Below, piece by piece: positions 1 to 8,383 of a DNA stretch of 29,002 nucleotides. The position numbers and the translations under genes were made by a program. Positions within the stretch are counted from its first letter, which is position 1. Each line of letters starts with the position of its first letter. The notes beneath the pieces were generated by a model. It saw only the letters and a program-made list of their open reading frames with translations, did no database searches and was not told the origin of the DNA. The stretch comes from a virus (lineage: Duplodnaviria > Caudoviricetes): IMG/VR virus record IMGVR_UViG_3300049228_000101, positions 1 to 29,002 of that record; one strand, given 5' to 3'.

Positions 1-345
1 CTTTCCATCTTGCCAAATAGCTTCACAAATCTCAGCTGCTTTTTGGTCTTGAAGCTCCTTAGTATGCTTTGGCCCAACGAAAACTCCAGGTGCCGAGGTC
101 ACTATGATGTTGCTATAACGGCGAGCAATCTTGCCGATGTGGTTCTTTGTAATACGAAGCTTAGCCTGTTCGTCAATCTCTCTTGACTGCCTTAGGCGTT
201 CAAAGCGTGAGCCACGTTTCTGATAATGCTCCCCTCCGATAAGTAGTAACGCTGATCTCATTTTAGCAAACTCCTGCTTGTCGCAGGATTCAGCCTCAGT
301 ATAAAGTTTATCTAGATCAGCAACGCCCTTGATTTTTGTATCCAC
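1..345 (-). CDS. Portal protein, N-terminal part (runs off the left edge of the window)
   Basis: Not in the ORF track. GTG at 345, open to base 1: MDTKIKGVADLDKLYTEAESCDKQEFAKMRSALLLIGGEHY...KLRITKNHIGKIARRYSNIIVTSAPGV...ELQDQKAAEICEAIW. It lies downstream of TerL, and the N-x-I...P...D-x-x-A-A pattern is typical of P22-like portal N-termini. Confidence 0.75.
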   Translation of the reverse strand, partial: MDTKIKGVADLDKLYTEAESCDKQEFAKMRSALLLIGGEHYQKRGSRFERLRQSREIDEQAKLRITKNHIGKIARRYSNIIVTSAPGVFVGPKHTKELQDQKAAEICEAIWQDGK

Positions 346-348
346 TTA

Positions 349-618
349 TTACCCCTCGAATTGCAGTCGTTCGTATTCTAAAGGATCACTAAGTAAAAGC
401 TCGTCTTCATTAGGCTCAGCTCTCTTAAACTCAACCTTGTTTTCGCCCTTACCATGAATCTCGGTGCTAGTTAAAGCAGCCGAAGCCCATTCCTTAACCA
501 CCATTGTATCACTAGAAAACTCGACTTCAACAGTGCCACATTTTAGTTTAGATACTTTTGCCTTTGAACAAGCCGCAATCAGCTTAGCCAAGCCATTGTA
601 ATCAACTGAACTATCCAT
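349..618 (-). CDS. Small hypothetical protein between terminase and portal
   Basis: 89 aa. Overlaps the TerL stop and ends 3 bp before the portal start. Confidence 0.7.
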   Translation of the reverse strand: MDSSVDYNGLAKLIAACSKAKVSKLKCGTVEVEFSSDTMVVKEWASAALTSTEIHGKGENKVEFKRAEPNEDELLLSDPLEYERLQFEG

Positions 619-2164
619 CCATTACCTCATTCCAAAAATCAATCTCATCTCGCATGTCGTTTTCAATGCGAGGTTCAATTACCTCTCCTGTCCTTGGATC
701 AACTTGCTGTTTGACTGGTTCCCCACCCGATCTCCACGAACTATTAGCTCCAGGTATAGCAGACCAATCCACAGGAATCGAAATCACGGCATAACGAAGC
801 GCATCACATAGATCGTCTTCCAAATATCCATCTGCCTTGGTTAGCTGGGCATCGAGCGACTCAAGCTCACTTACCAATTTGTATGTCTGAAGATAATCAG
901 GAGGAAACTGCATCCCATCTGCTGGCTCATACAAAATCATGGCCTTTGTTTTAAACAAAGTATTAATAGCAGTGATTCCCTCATCGCGCTTTTTGTTAGC
1001 TTTCTGAAACGGTAGCCCCATCCTGTTAGCAATCGTTCCAAGATCACTTGCCGAATAATCATAATGCACTGCCAAGATTCTTTCTTCAATCCCTTTGGCC
1101 ATGTTGATGTACTGGTTCACAACATCCTGGGCTGTGGTCATTCCATCATCACCACGCCAACAACGAATAAGCCTGATCTTGGTTCTGCTAGAATTCACAG
1201 CCATAAAAACAATCGAGCTTGGATGAGCCTTAGGCCCACCAGAACCGTAATCAATCCCAGCGAAAACATCCCAATCAAACGGGATAGGATGAAGCGGCTG
1301 AACATGCTCCACTCTATCAAACTGTGGATAACGAAGACCCTCATCTTTAACAAACCTACCGAACACACGCCGTGCAACCTCGGCCTTCGAGGTACAACGA
1401 TCAATCACCTGCTGTATTCGCTCGCTTGTCCACCTGCTTGGGGTACCATCTGCAAAATACTGACAGTCATACAAACTAATCTGTTTAACCCACGCCTCAG
1501 TTAACTTACTTCGATCCTCAACGACCTGTTTCCAAAAATCCTGCCCAATCGTAGCCGTAAAACCAAAGATCATATAACCATTAGTGGCCGTAACCCGGGC
1601 CTGAAGCTCTGGTAGTAGGTTGATCGGCAATTCTTCATCGCACACGCACATCCAATAAGTTCCTGCCTGAAGCATCTCCTCGCCCTGTCGATATGTCTTA
1701 AAGTTGATAATTAGATTCTTGTGAATAAAGTTAATGCCCCAAATATACTTGGAGAAAATAATTGGCTTCCAACCAAGCTCGGGATCATCCTGTGGTGGCA
1801 GTAGCGGCAACCACTTGTCGTAGTACTCACTGGTTGCGATATCCTTGGATGGATACAGATATACAAACTGACTTGGCTTCTGGCCTTCTTCCCAAGCTGC
1901 TGGCCAAAGCACAGGCCACAAATCCTCATTGGTCGCCCACTCAATGGTTTTCTTGATCATCGTGCTGGACTTACCAACTTGGTTAGCAGCAGTTACAACC
2001 TGAATCTTATCTTGACACTCAAAGAATTCCTTTTGCCATGGGTAAAACTTCTGAGCAAACAGATACGGCCTTCTGTTTCTTTCTTTTTCTTGGTTTTCCA
2101 AGGCCGAAAGTTTCTCAAGCTTGAGCTTTATAAGCTCCTGCTCTTGTTCGTGATCACTCAGCAT
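611..2164 (-). CDS. terL: Terminase large subunit
   Basis: YPWQ adenine-binding motif, Walker A AANQVGKS, Walker B CVCDEE, motif III GFTAT, RNase H-like nuclease motifs AGIDYG and DDLCDALRY. Confidence 0.95.
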   Translation of the reverse strand: MLSDHEQEQELIKLKLEKLSALENQEKERNRRPYLFAQKFYPWQKEFFECQDKIQVVTAANQVGKSSTMIKKTIEWATNEDLWPVLWPAAWEEGQKPSQFVYLYPSKDIATSEYYDKWLPLLPPQDDPELGWKPIIFSKYIWGINFIHKNLIINFKTYRQGEEMLQAGTYWMCVCDEELPINLLPELQARVTATNGYMIFGFTATIGQDFWKQVVEDRSKLTEAWVKQISLYDCQYFADGTPSRWTSERIQQVIDRCTSKAEVARRVFGRFVKDEGLRYPQFDRVEHVQPLHPIPFDWDVFAGIDYGSGGPKAHPSSIVFMAVNSSRTKIRLIRCWRGDDGMTTAQDVVNQYINMAKGIEERILAVHYDYSASDLGTIANRMGLPFQKANKKRDEGITAINTLFKTKAMILYEPADGMQFPPDYLQTYKLVSELESLDAQLTKADGYLEDDLCDALRYAVISIPVDWSAIPGANSSWRSGGEPVKQQVDPRTGEVIEPRIENDMRDEIDFWNEVMDG

Positions 2165-2858
2165 CTAAAACCTCTGGAATCGGAATCTTCATCTTACTTT
2201 CAAGCTGCTTTATCTTGGCATCAATATCCTCAATGCGTGAATGCTGACCAAGTTGTTTCAAATCCCTACGAGTCACATTAACGCTAAGCTGGTTTACCGT
2301 TGCTGTTGTCTCAGTTCGCGTTGTAGGCATGCCGTGTTTACGTACATCAAGAAACGCCGTAGCCTTAAGAATAAGCTCCACTACCTTAGGATCAAGATCT
2401 CCATCTGTATCGTAAAACGAAAGAGACAGAATCTCGTTGATTCTACCAAGCCCCCTGGCCAAAGCTTCCTCAAGCATATTGTCGTAACTCATCGGTGGGC
2501 AAAGGATCCACGCTAGGGACGTTGGCGTTTGGAGAGCGTCCCTAACATGGATAGTAGGAAGACCGTCTAAGAATCCTATCATCCCTTTAAGAGTCATTTT
2601 AGACAAGGAACTGTGTGCCATGTCGTATTCTTTCCAGAATGCGATGCGAATCTGGTTTAATCTAACCGATGGGAACACTTCCCTACGAAGCTGGTCCTCG
2701 CCCATGAACAAAAGATTGACGGGAACATCCTCAAGGGCCCTCAAACACTCCCTTGGCATCAAATTTATCAGTGATTTGGGGTCATTTTTATCAAATGGGC
2801 CACCAGCGTAATATAGGTCTTTTTCGGGGTTTAACAGCGGTTTTTGCTCTGTTTCCAT
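2154..2858 (-). CDS. Conserved phage protein, likely terminase small subunit
   Basis: 234 aa, overlaps the TerL start, helical with a C-terminal coiled coil, first gene after a strong promoter. The function is a positional inference. Confidence 0.5.
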   Translation of the reverse strand: METEQKPLLNPEKDLYYAGGPFDKNDPKSLINLMPRECLRALEDVPVNLLFMGEDQLRREVFPSVRLNQIRIAFWKEYDMAHSSLSKMTLKGMIGFLDGLPTIHVRDALQTPTSLAWILCPPMSYDNMLEEALARGLGRINEILSLSFYDTDGDLDPKVVELILKATAFLDVRKHGMPTTRTETTATVNQLSVNVTRRDLKQLGQHSRIEDIDAKIKQLESKMKIPIPEVLDAE

Positions 2859-2873
2859 ACAAAACCACCCCCT

Positions 2874-2902
2874 ATATTACTATTTTGGTAATTAACTTGC
2901 AA
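2874..2902 (-). promoter_or_regulatory. Sigma-70-type promoter for the packaging operon
   Basis: Minus strand TTGCAA-17 bp-TAATAT, followed by an RBS-like GGGGGTGG before the ATG at 2858. Confidence 0.7.
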
Positions 2903-2909
2903 AATGATC

Positions 2910-2942
2910 GCCCCTCTCGTCACGGGGAGTACCGAGAAGGGC
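2910..2942 (-). terminator. Hairpin after the glycosyltransferase, possible terminator
   Basis: GCCCCTCTCG...CGAGAAGGGC 10-bp stem with one mismatch. Only a short T run follows on the minus strand. Confidence 0.35.
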
Positions 2943-2964
2943 TCTCACTTTCCCCCCATATCCC

Positions 2965-3930
2965 CTAGAACTCTTTAGTATCCTCAAGCCTAGCTGTAAA
3001 GTACAGCTGGATATCCCTTTTAAGCTTATCATCGCCATCTAAAGTATAAAGACCCTGCGAATCCCTGCGAATATCAAGGAAAGGATCAAAGTTATTGTCG
3101 ATTAATATCTTCCAGCGCGATACGTAGAACCTGTTTCTCTTAGGCCCATGCCACAAATGCTGTAACCCAATCGGAACATACCCAAGATTCTTATCAATTC
3201 TTCTCACAGCCCGCTCTTCGTAATCTGCAAGTTGATTTTTATAGTGAATATTCACAGCTTCAGGCCTGGTCTTTGAGACCATTCCAATCATAGCCATCCA
3301 AAAGTGATGATCACCAGAGCCCAAGATAGCAGTATCAAACAAGCCGCCAAGCATATCAAAAGCTTCACGACGCATCGAGATCGCAAATCCAGGATGACCG
3401 ACAAATACCCCATAGGTATAGTAGTTATCATTGTTAGCTGGCTTCTCCCATGTGTTATTAAGCCAGTTGTTCATAAACGATCGCTGCGTCTGAATCGGCT
3501 CATCGTTAGGACCAAGGTCCACAACCGACTGCCAAGGCTGCACAACCAAGTAATGCTGAAGCGTGTGAACAATCTTCTGCTCAAAGTCAGGAGAAGTAAA
3601 GAGCACATCGGCATCAATAAACGTCACGTATTTCCAGTTGGGCCGACGAAGAGAGAGATACTGCACACCAATGTTAAGCGCATTCTCCTTATGCCAAAGC
3701 TCTTCCTTAGTTCGAAGCCTCACGTTCATCTCTTCATCCTGAGATGTCACTTCCCAATCTCTCGTGCCATACGCAATCTCTATCGTAAGAAGTTTCCCCT
3801 TGGGGAACTGCTTAGCAAAGCGCTCGTATAATGTGTAGCGAGCCTCATACAATCTCGGATTAGAGATCATGGTTATAAAATAATGCTCGCTGGCATCAAT
3901 GGGTTCAAATTTCCACCGTTCAAATAACAT
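2965..3930 (-). CDS. GT-A fold glycosyltransferase-like protein
   Basis: WHKENALNIG, YVTFIDADVLF (DxD motif), RREAFDMLGGLFD...GSGD and HLWHG motifs, typical of GT2/GT7-like enzymes. Confidence 0.75.
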   Translation of the reverse strand: MLFERWKFEPIDASEHYFITMISNPRLYEARYTLYERFAKQFPKGKLLTIEIAYGTRDWEVTSQDEEMNVRLRTKEELWHKENALNIGVQYLSLRRPNWKYVTFIDADVLFTSPDFEQKIVHTLQHYLVVQPWQSVVDLGPNDEPIQTQRSFMNNWLNNTWEKPANNDNYYTYGVFVGHPGFAISMRREAFDMLGGLFDTAILGSGDHHFWMAMIGMVSKTRPEAVNIHYKNQLADYEERAVRRIDKNLGYVPIGLQHLWHGPKRNRFYVSRWKILIDNNFDPFLDIRRDSQGLYTLDGDDKLKRDIQLYFTARLEDTKEF

Positions 3931-3932
3931 TA

Positions 3933-3944
3933 TGCTACAATCTA
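3933..3944. promoter_or_regulatory. Overlapping back-to-back -10 elements (bidirectional promoter)
   Basis: Plus strand TGcTACAAT (3933-3941) and minus strand TAGATT (3944-3939). Each lies 8 nt before an ATG (3950+ and 3930-). Confidence 0.55.
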
Positions 3945-3949
3945 TACCT

Positions 3950-4402
3950 ATGGCGGAGATTCGTAAACACTACCCAGCTACTGAACGCAAAATAGAACCA
4001 GAGTTAGAGCACAACAAACCAAAAGACAACCCGCCCATCACTGAGGAAATCAACAACAACACAGTGCGGCTTGCAGACGAGATAATCGAACTCATAGTAA
4101 AAGCACTTAGCAACAATATCTACATCTCATACTACCTACTTCAAACCAAAGTATTCACAGCTATGAAGGTTAAAGCAATCGAACTCTGCGATGGTAACGT
4201 TGCAAGAGCTGCACGATCCCTAGGCATGAAACGAACCACATTCAGAGAATCTCTAAGGCTGAAAGGCCTAGCTCCTAGGATTCGTCGTCACCATACTCGT
4301 ACTCGTAAGACGGGCAATATGATTGATAGTAAACTTGAGGCTCAGGGCACTCGTCCTGCGGACACCGCTCCTCGCAAACCTGTCTGGCCATTTCGGGAGT
4401 AA
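3950..4402 (+). CDS. Stand-alone Fis-family (HTH_8) DNA-binding protein
   Basis: KAIELCDGNVARAARSLGMKRTTFRESLRLKGL matches the Fis/NtrC HTH pattern (AL...GN...AA..LG..R.TL). Start placed at ATG 3950 to avoid overlap with the divergent gene. Confidence 0.8.
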   Translation: MAEIRKHYPATERKIEPELEHNKPKDNPPITEEINNNTVRLADEIIELIVKALSNNIYISYYLLQTKVFTAMKVKAIELCDGNVARAARSLGMKRTTFRESLRLKGLAPRIRRHHTRTRKTGNMIDSKLEAQGTRPADTAPRKPVWPFRE

Positions 4403-4583
4403 TGGGTTTACTCTCACACAAACACGTGGGTGGCGGAGCAATAGGACAAATACTCCCGTCCTTTAACGCCAAAGCAACACTCATGATCGCTTGCCGCTGC
4501 TTTTGAACTATTTCTTTTAACTCGCGTGTGTATACAAACTGACCAATTACGATTGCGACGAGGATGGCAATACAGGCTCGCAC
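4275..4583 (-). CDS. Membrane-anchored Cys/Pro-rich protein
   Basis: N-terminal hydrophobic helix, short coiled coil, then CPIAPPPTCLC...CEERCPQDECPEP...YCP. Confidence 0.6.
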   Translation of the reverse strand: MRACIAILVAIVIGQFVYTRELKEIVQKQRQAIMSVALALKDGSICPIAPPPTCLCESKPITPEMARQVCEERCPQDECPEPQVYYQSYCPSYEYEYGDDES

Positions 4584-4807
4584 TCTGTAATTATATCAGG
4601 CTTCTTATTGTCAAGTTTTTGTTTCATTTTCACAGTCGTTGACTGTGCAAGTTCCAAAATTTTGACAGGGTCAGTTTCTTTTTCCAATTGTTCGAAGGCC
4701 TCATAGGCGATCTTAAGGCACATGACCAAGGTGAGATTTTTCTTAGCCAAATCACGCATACCAGCTTCGTAATGTGAGGCTGATAAGTTTTTCTTCCAAT
4801 CACTCAT
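4547..4807 (-). CDS. Hypothetical protein
   Basis: 86 aa, part of the translationally coupled minus-strand array. Confidence 0.65.
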   Translation of the reverse strand: MSDWKKNLSASHYEAGMRDLAKKNLTLVMCLKIAYEAFEQLEKETDPVKILELAQSTTVKMKQKLDNKKPDIITECEPVLPSSSQS

Positions 4808-4935
4808 TTGCGCTTTTTTACTTTCTTCTTCTTAGCCGTTAGGTTGTGGTACATGGCATACACCAGTGTCATGGCTTCCTCAAGCTCTCGGCCAAGCTTA
4901 CGCAGCTCTCTAAGTACAGCTTCCCTTGGGGTCAT
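4804..4935 (-). CDS. Small basic protein (43 aa, not in ORF track)
   Basis: MTPREAVLRELRKLGRELEEAMTLVYAMYHNLTAKKKEVKKRK. ATGA overlaps with both neighbours. Confidence 0.65.
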   Translation of the reverse strand: MTPREAVLRELRKLGRELEEAMTLVYAMYHNLTAKKKKVKKRK

Positions 4936-5174
4936 TTCTTTTTGGAGCTTGTCTTAGGTACCTTGGGCACGAGGTGCTTGAGTACGCCCAGAGGATTCAC
5001 TTTGATGAGGTTTTTCAAGATCTTTACGATCTCTTTAACGTCACCAATCTTAACCTGCGACTTCTTGCCTTCGATCCTACATAGTATTTGGATTAGTTCT
5101 TTGTATGTCATGGGTTGGGATTGTAAACCGATTAGCAACTGTTGGCAACTATCCGGAGTTTCCGGATAGTTCAC
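4932..5174 (-). CDS. Small basic protein, possibly DNA-binding
   Basis: MTYKELIQILCRIEGKKSQVKIGDVKEIVKIL loosely resembles the N-terminal helices of HU. Lys-rich tail. Confidence 0.6.
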   Translation of the reverse strand: MNYPETPDSCQQLLIGLQSQPMTYKELIQILCRIEGKKSQVKIGDVKEIVKILKNLIKVNPLGVLKHLVPKVPKTSSKKK

Positions 5175-5461
5175 TCATCCCGCCCCCGTGTGTGTTTGAG
5201 TGCTCTACAAATACGAGCATCATGAAGCGCCTGTAATCTTTGGTTCATATATTCATCTATCCCAGGAGCAACAGAGTTCTCACACTTTTGAGCCGCCTCT
5301 TCTAACGCTTCATTCCTGACATCTTGCAAGGCTTGGGATATTACTTCGATTAAAGTATCTCGGCCACTTAAGATTAAATCTACTACGTGGTGTGAAGCAT
5401 CCTTTGGCACTGGGAACGCCGCAAACGAAATCTCTCTCGCCTTATCGGTGTAGGTGGTCAT
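5171..5461 (-). CDS. Hypothetical phage protein
   Basis: Contains the common phage motif RNEALEEAA..C......I-RAL. Coupled to neighbours. Confidence 0.7.
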   Translation of the reverse strand: MTTYTDKAREISFAAFPVPKDASHHVVDLILSGRDTLIEVISQALQDVRNEALEEAAQKCENSVAPGIDEYMNQRLQALHDARICRALKHTRGRDE

Positions 5462-5658
5462 AGTTTCTTACCGCTTGCACATTCAGCGCAATCTTTTATT
5501 CGAGCCAATGCTTTAATGTCACCGCTCTCGATAACTCTATGTAAATCTCGTAGTGCTTGTTGTAGGTAGGCGACTTCAATGTTTTCAGTGAGGCACCATA
5601 AGCCAGCGTCTTCTGCTTGGTAACTAACCGCCTTTTTAATTACGCCAATACTACTCAC
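5458..5658 (-). CDS. Hypothetical protein
   Basis: 66 aa, QAEDAGLW...AYLQQALRDLH. 4-bp overlaps at both ends. Confidence 0.7.
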   Translation of the reverse strand: MSSIGVIKKAVSYQAEDAGLWCLTENIEVAYLQQALRDLHRVIESGDIKALARIKDCAECASGKKL

Positions 5659-5819
5659 TCGCCACGCTCCTTTTCTATCGCGATTTGTTTCAAGACTTCA
5701 TCGACAAGACCTATACTCATTACTGCTTGCACAGCTTTCAAACACGCCACAGCCACACCAAGCCGATGCTCTAAGTCTGCGATGCGGGCTTGAAGAAACT
5801 CCTCATACATTTCACTCAT
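5655..5819 (-). CDS. Small coiled-coil protein (54 aa, not in ORF track)
   Basis: MSEMYEEFLQARIADLEHRLGVAVACLKAVQAVMSIGLVDEVLKQIAIEKERGE. GGGG RBS-like sequence upstream and GTGA overlap downstream. Confidence 0.65.
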   Translation of the reverse strand: MSEMYEEFLQARIADLEHRLGVAVACLKAVQAVMSIGLVDEVLKQIAIEKERGE

Positions 5820-5850
5820 CGCACAACCCCTGAGAACTCACGTAGGATTT

Positions 5851-6009
5851 TCACAAGTCACCTAAGTCTAGAAAATGATTTACCAAATACTCTCTACTTG
5901 TAGTCCATTGGGAATACTCAGTATAAATTATGAAATAATCTGCGTTAACGGAAGACCATGGCTCACCAACAACTAAAATGTTTTGAGCCTTGTGAAGGTA
6001 TACTTTCAT
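5851..6009 (-). CDS. Small protein (52 aa, not in ORF track)
   Basis: MKVYLHKAQNILVVGEPWSSVNADYFIIYTEYSQWTTSREYLVNHFLDLGDL. ATGA overlap with the upstream stop. Confidence 0.6.
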   Translation of the reverse strand: MKVYLHKAQNILVVGEPWSSVNADYFIIYTEYSQWTTSREYLVNHFLDLGDL

Positions 6010-6446
6010 TTGCCGTTCCATTTGGTGAGTACGTCTGCAGCTCTCTTTCCTTGGTCTTCAACAACCTTCTTACCAACCACATAAGTTGGCGACCCAAAAG
6101 TTATAACGCCTTCTTTAACATCAACCGATTCGACAAAATATTGAGACACACCGTATTGCGTGCGATCTCCATAGAACTCCAAAGCCTCGGCCATAGACTG
6201 CATGAGCTTTAGGAGTGGTGTGAGATTATGCGGACTACATACAGTTAAGTATTCAGCATCACTCCAAGGCCACAGGTCTTCATTATACTCAGAGTCTTGT
6301 GGATTAAGTTTACAAATAGAAGTGTTATCTTTATTTTCTACATAAACTTCAAATGTAGATAAGTCACGAGAACACGACCACTCACCTTGTGTGGCCTTCT
6401 CAGCCTTCTCTAATATCTCACGCACCTGCTCACTCGGGCTTGTCAT
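6006..6446 (-). CDS. Ead/Ea22-like protein
   Basis: REILEKAEKATQGEW...DAEYLTVCSP..L..LL follows the Ead/Ea22-like pattern (A.KATpG.W...dA.fia...P..v..LL). Confidence 0.6.
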   Translation of the reverse strand: MTSPSEQVREILEKAEKATQGEWSCSRDLSTFEVYVENKDNTSICKLNPQDSEYNEDLWPWSDAEYLTVCSPHNLTPLLKLMQSMAEALEFYGDRTQYGVSQYFVESVDVKEGVITFGSPTYVVGKKVVEDQGKRAADVLTKWNGK

Positions 6447-6736
6447 GTTTTACTCTCAGGTTCGTCTAGAAACGGCATGCGTTCTAAATCAGGAATCTCG
6501 CCAGAATAAGGAAATAGGATTGTTCCAACTTCATACATGTACAATAATTTTGTTTTCTTATCTCTATACGCCAACATCCTAGGCTTGGTGTCGGGCTCGA
6601 CTTCCCACACAAGATCGCGAACATCTTTAACAGAAAAAGAAACAGAATCATCCTTAGGCAAATACCACGGGTTAGGGTGAAACAAACCATATCGCCGTAT
6701 CCGCTTGCCTGTCTTCAACGCTTCGATGAGTGTCAT
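6443..6736 (-). CDS. DUF2829/Tad2-like small protein
   Basis: MTLIEALKTGKRIRR...WY...FSVKDVRDLVWEVE. Start reassigned to ATG 6736 (ATGA overlap). Confidence 0.55.
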   Translation of the reverse strand: MTLIEALKTGKRIRRYGLFHPNPWYLPKDDSVSFSVKDVRDLVWEVEPDTKPRMLAYRDKKTKLLYMYEVGTILFPYSGEIPDLERMPFLDEPESKT

Positions 6737-6930
6737 TTCAAACCCAAACCTCTCCAAATCACTTGTGTAACTATTTCATGGGCCTCCATTATACATTCAT
6801 CAGATGGAACATTCTTGCTAAGAATAAACCTCTTCGTAAGATAAGCATTAATCCATCTATGCAGAGGCGTAGATCCATCCATTGTTTTCTCTGTAACTTT
6901 CCTTACCACCCGTGGCTTGCGCTGCTTCAT
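6733..6930 (-). CDS. Hypothetical protein
   Basis: 65 aa, coupled to both neighbours. Confidence 0.6.
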   Translation of the reverse strand: MKQRKPRVVRKVTEKTMDGSTPLHRWINAYLTKRFILSKNVPSDECIMEAHEIVTQVIWRGLGLK

Positions 6931-7367
6931 CCCTGCATCTCCTTCACAAACTTATCTCTAGTCTCTTGCCATTTCTCGCGCAGTGCAATGCTCTTCTTAG
7001 CCGCTGCAGCCGTGTTGCAATCCATCGCCGCATATTCTCTATATGCATCCTCAATAGCAAACAAAGTGTACTCAACTCTCTTAACATCCTGCTCACACAG
7101 AAACATCACCGCATGATACGCAGCCATGAGCTCATAGCCCATATTGTCCTTGCTAGGATATCCAACACTACCTCGGTCAATGAATGCCACAGCTGCCTGA
7201 CTAGCAACAAGCCCAGTTCCCCGAACGAGAGCAATCTCCGCAGCACAAATCTCAAGAGTTGATCGCTCAACACTCGTCAGACGATGCCGCCACGGTAATG
7301 CCAATAAATCCTCAAGCCACTGAGAAGCAACCGTTGGCCAACAAGCCAAACACTTCTGCTTATCCAC
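6927..7367 (-). CDS. Hypothetical protein
   Basis: 146 aa, GTG start 1 bp after the upstream stop, helical. Confidence 0.65.
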   Translation of the reverse strand: MDKQKCLACWPTVASQWLEDLLALPWRHRLTSVERSTLEICAAEIALVRGTGLVASQAAVAFIDRGSVGYPSKDNMGYELMAAYHAVMFLCEQDVKRVEYTLFAIEDAYREYAAMDCNTAAAAKKSIALREKWQETRDKFVKEMQG

Positions 7368-7368
7368 G

Positions 7369-7812
7369 TTAGTTCAGCACCTTCAAGCACAAACTCCTAT
7401 TGGCCGCATTCACCATGTCCACAGGGCCAACCCAGCCACTCGGAGTGTTAACGCCTGTAGGGTCCACACACCGTATGAGCGTAGAGTACTGACTTGCAGA
7501 CCACGACTGATAGAAACAATCCCCATGCTGCACCCTAGGAAACTGTGGATGCGGCACCTCGCACATCGGCGTTGCAATCGTGTCACAGTTAGGCTTAGCC
7601 ATCACGATCACCACGTCCATAACACCCGTCTCACACGCACCACCATCGATGTACACATACGGCCACTGAGTATCGCCGGGAACTCCTGGAGCGGCTGGGG
7701 CTGCAGGCGCAAGGGCTGCCGGCAACGGAATCGAATCTGCAGGATCGACATACCTATCTCTCACGCCAGCGCAGGACGTAATGATCAGTAAACAAACCAA
7801 ACGCGCTATCAC
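7369..7812 (-). CDS. Putative Cys-rich lipoprotein
   Basis: MIARLVCLLIITS-C lipobox-like signal, Pro/Ala linker, six further Cys. Confidence 0.65.
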   Translation of the reverse strand: MIARLVCLLIITSCAGVRDRYVDPADSIPLPAALAPAAPAAPGVPGDTQWPYVYIDGGACETGVMDVVIVMAKPNCDTIATPMCEVPHPQFPRVQHGDCFYQSWSASQYSTLIRCVDPTGVNTPSGWVGPVDMVNAANRSLCLKVLN

Positions 7813-8150
7813 TTGGATACTCCACTACACAGTATGTCCACCTGCAGAGAATCAATCGGCTGATGGTTAAACAGAACCTGTATGTCAAGCATCGTCGAGG
7901 TCGGCGGACTCCAGTTGTGAATATCTATCGAATACACGTTCGCATCCGAGGACATGTACACACAAATCGGAGCAGCCGAGAACCCTGTGATGTCAAACCT
8001 AAACCGCCCAACCGATGGGGAATCCTTCTGCGTAATCCACGGGGAATTACTCACCACCACACCGTTTGTTACTGTTGCTTGCCGAACCACCTGGGTCGGC
8101 ACGTCAACACCCGCACAACCAAACAAAACTACCAAAATCAATATTCTCAT
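7809..8150 (-). CDS. Putative lipoprotein (beta-rich)
   Basis: Start reassigned to ATG 8150 (RBS GGAGG). MRILILVVLFG-C lipobox-like signal. Confidence 0.65.
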   Translation of the reverse strand: MRILILVVLFGCAGVDVPTQVVRQATVTNGVVVSNSPWITQKDSPSVGRFRFDITGFSAAPICVYMSSDANVYSIDIHNWSPPTSTMLDIQVLFNHQPIDSLQVDILCSGVSK

Positions 8151-8383
8151 ACTACCTCCTTCTCCAAACGCAGCTTCTTCTGCGCCCATGTTGCACCCGC
8201 AACAAACCCAGCATTCCACGCAGGACCAGCAGTGTCCATCCTATCGGCCAACGGATTCACATCCGCTGGCACATCCGACAGAGCGTCAAGGACTGCCTGT
8301 GGGCTCGGCGGCCACAGAGCGTTGTCTCCATCCAGCGCCTTTCGCGCATTACTTACCAACTCTTCAAGCCTCGTTTTTCCCAT
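8147..8383 (-). CDS. Hypothetical protein
   Basis: 78 aa, RBS AGGGGG, common phage tail motif GFVAGATWA. Confidence 0.65.
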   Translation of the reverse strand: MGKTRLEELVSNARKALDGDNALWPPSPQAVLDALSDVPADVNPLADRMDTAGPAWNAGFVAGATWAQKKLRLEKEVV

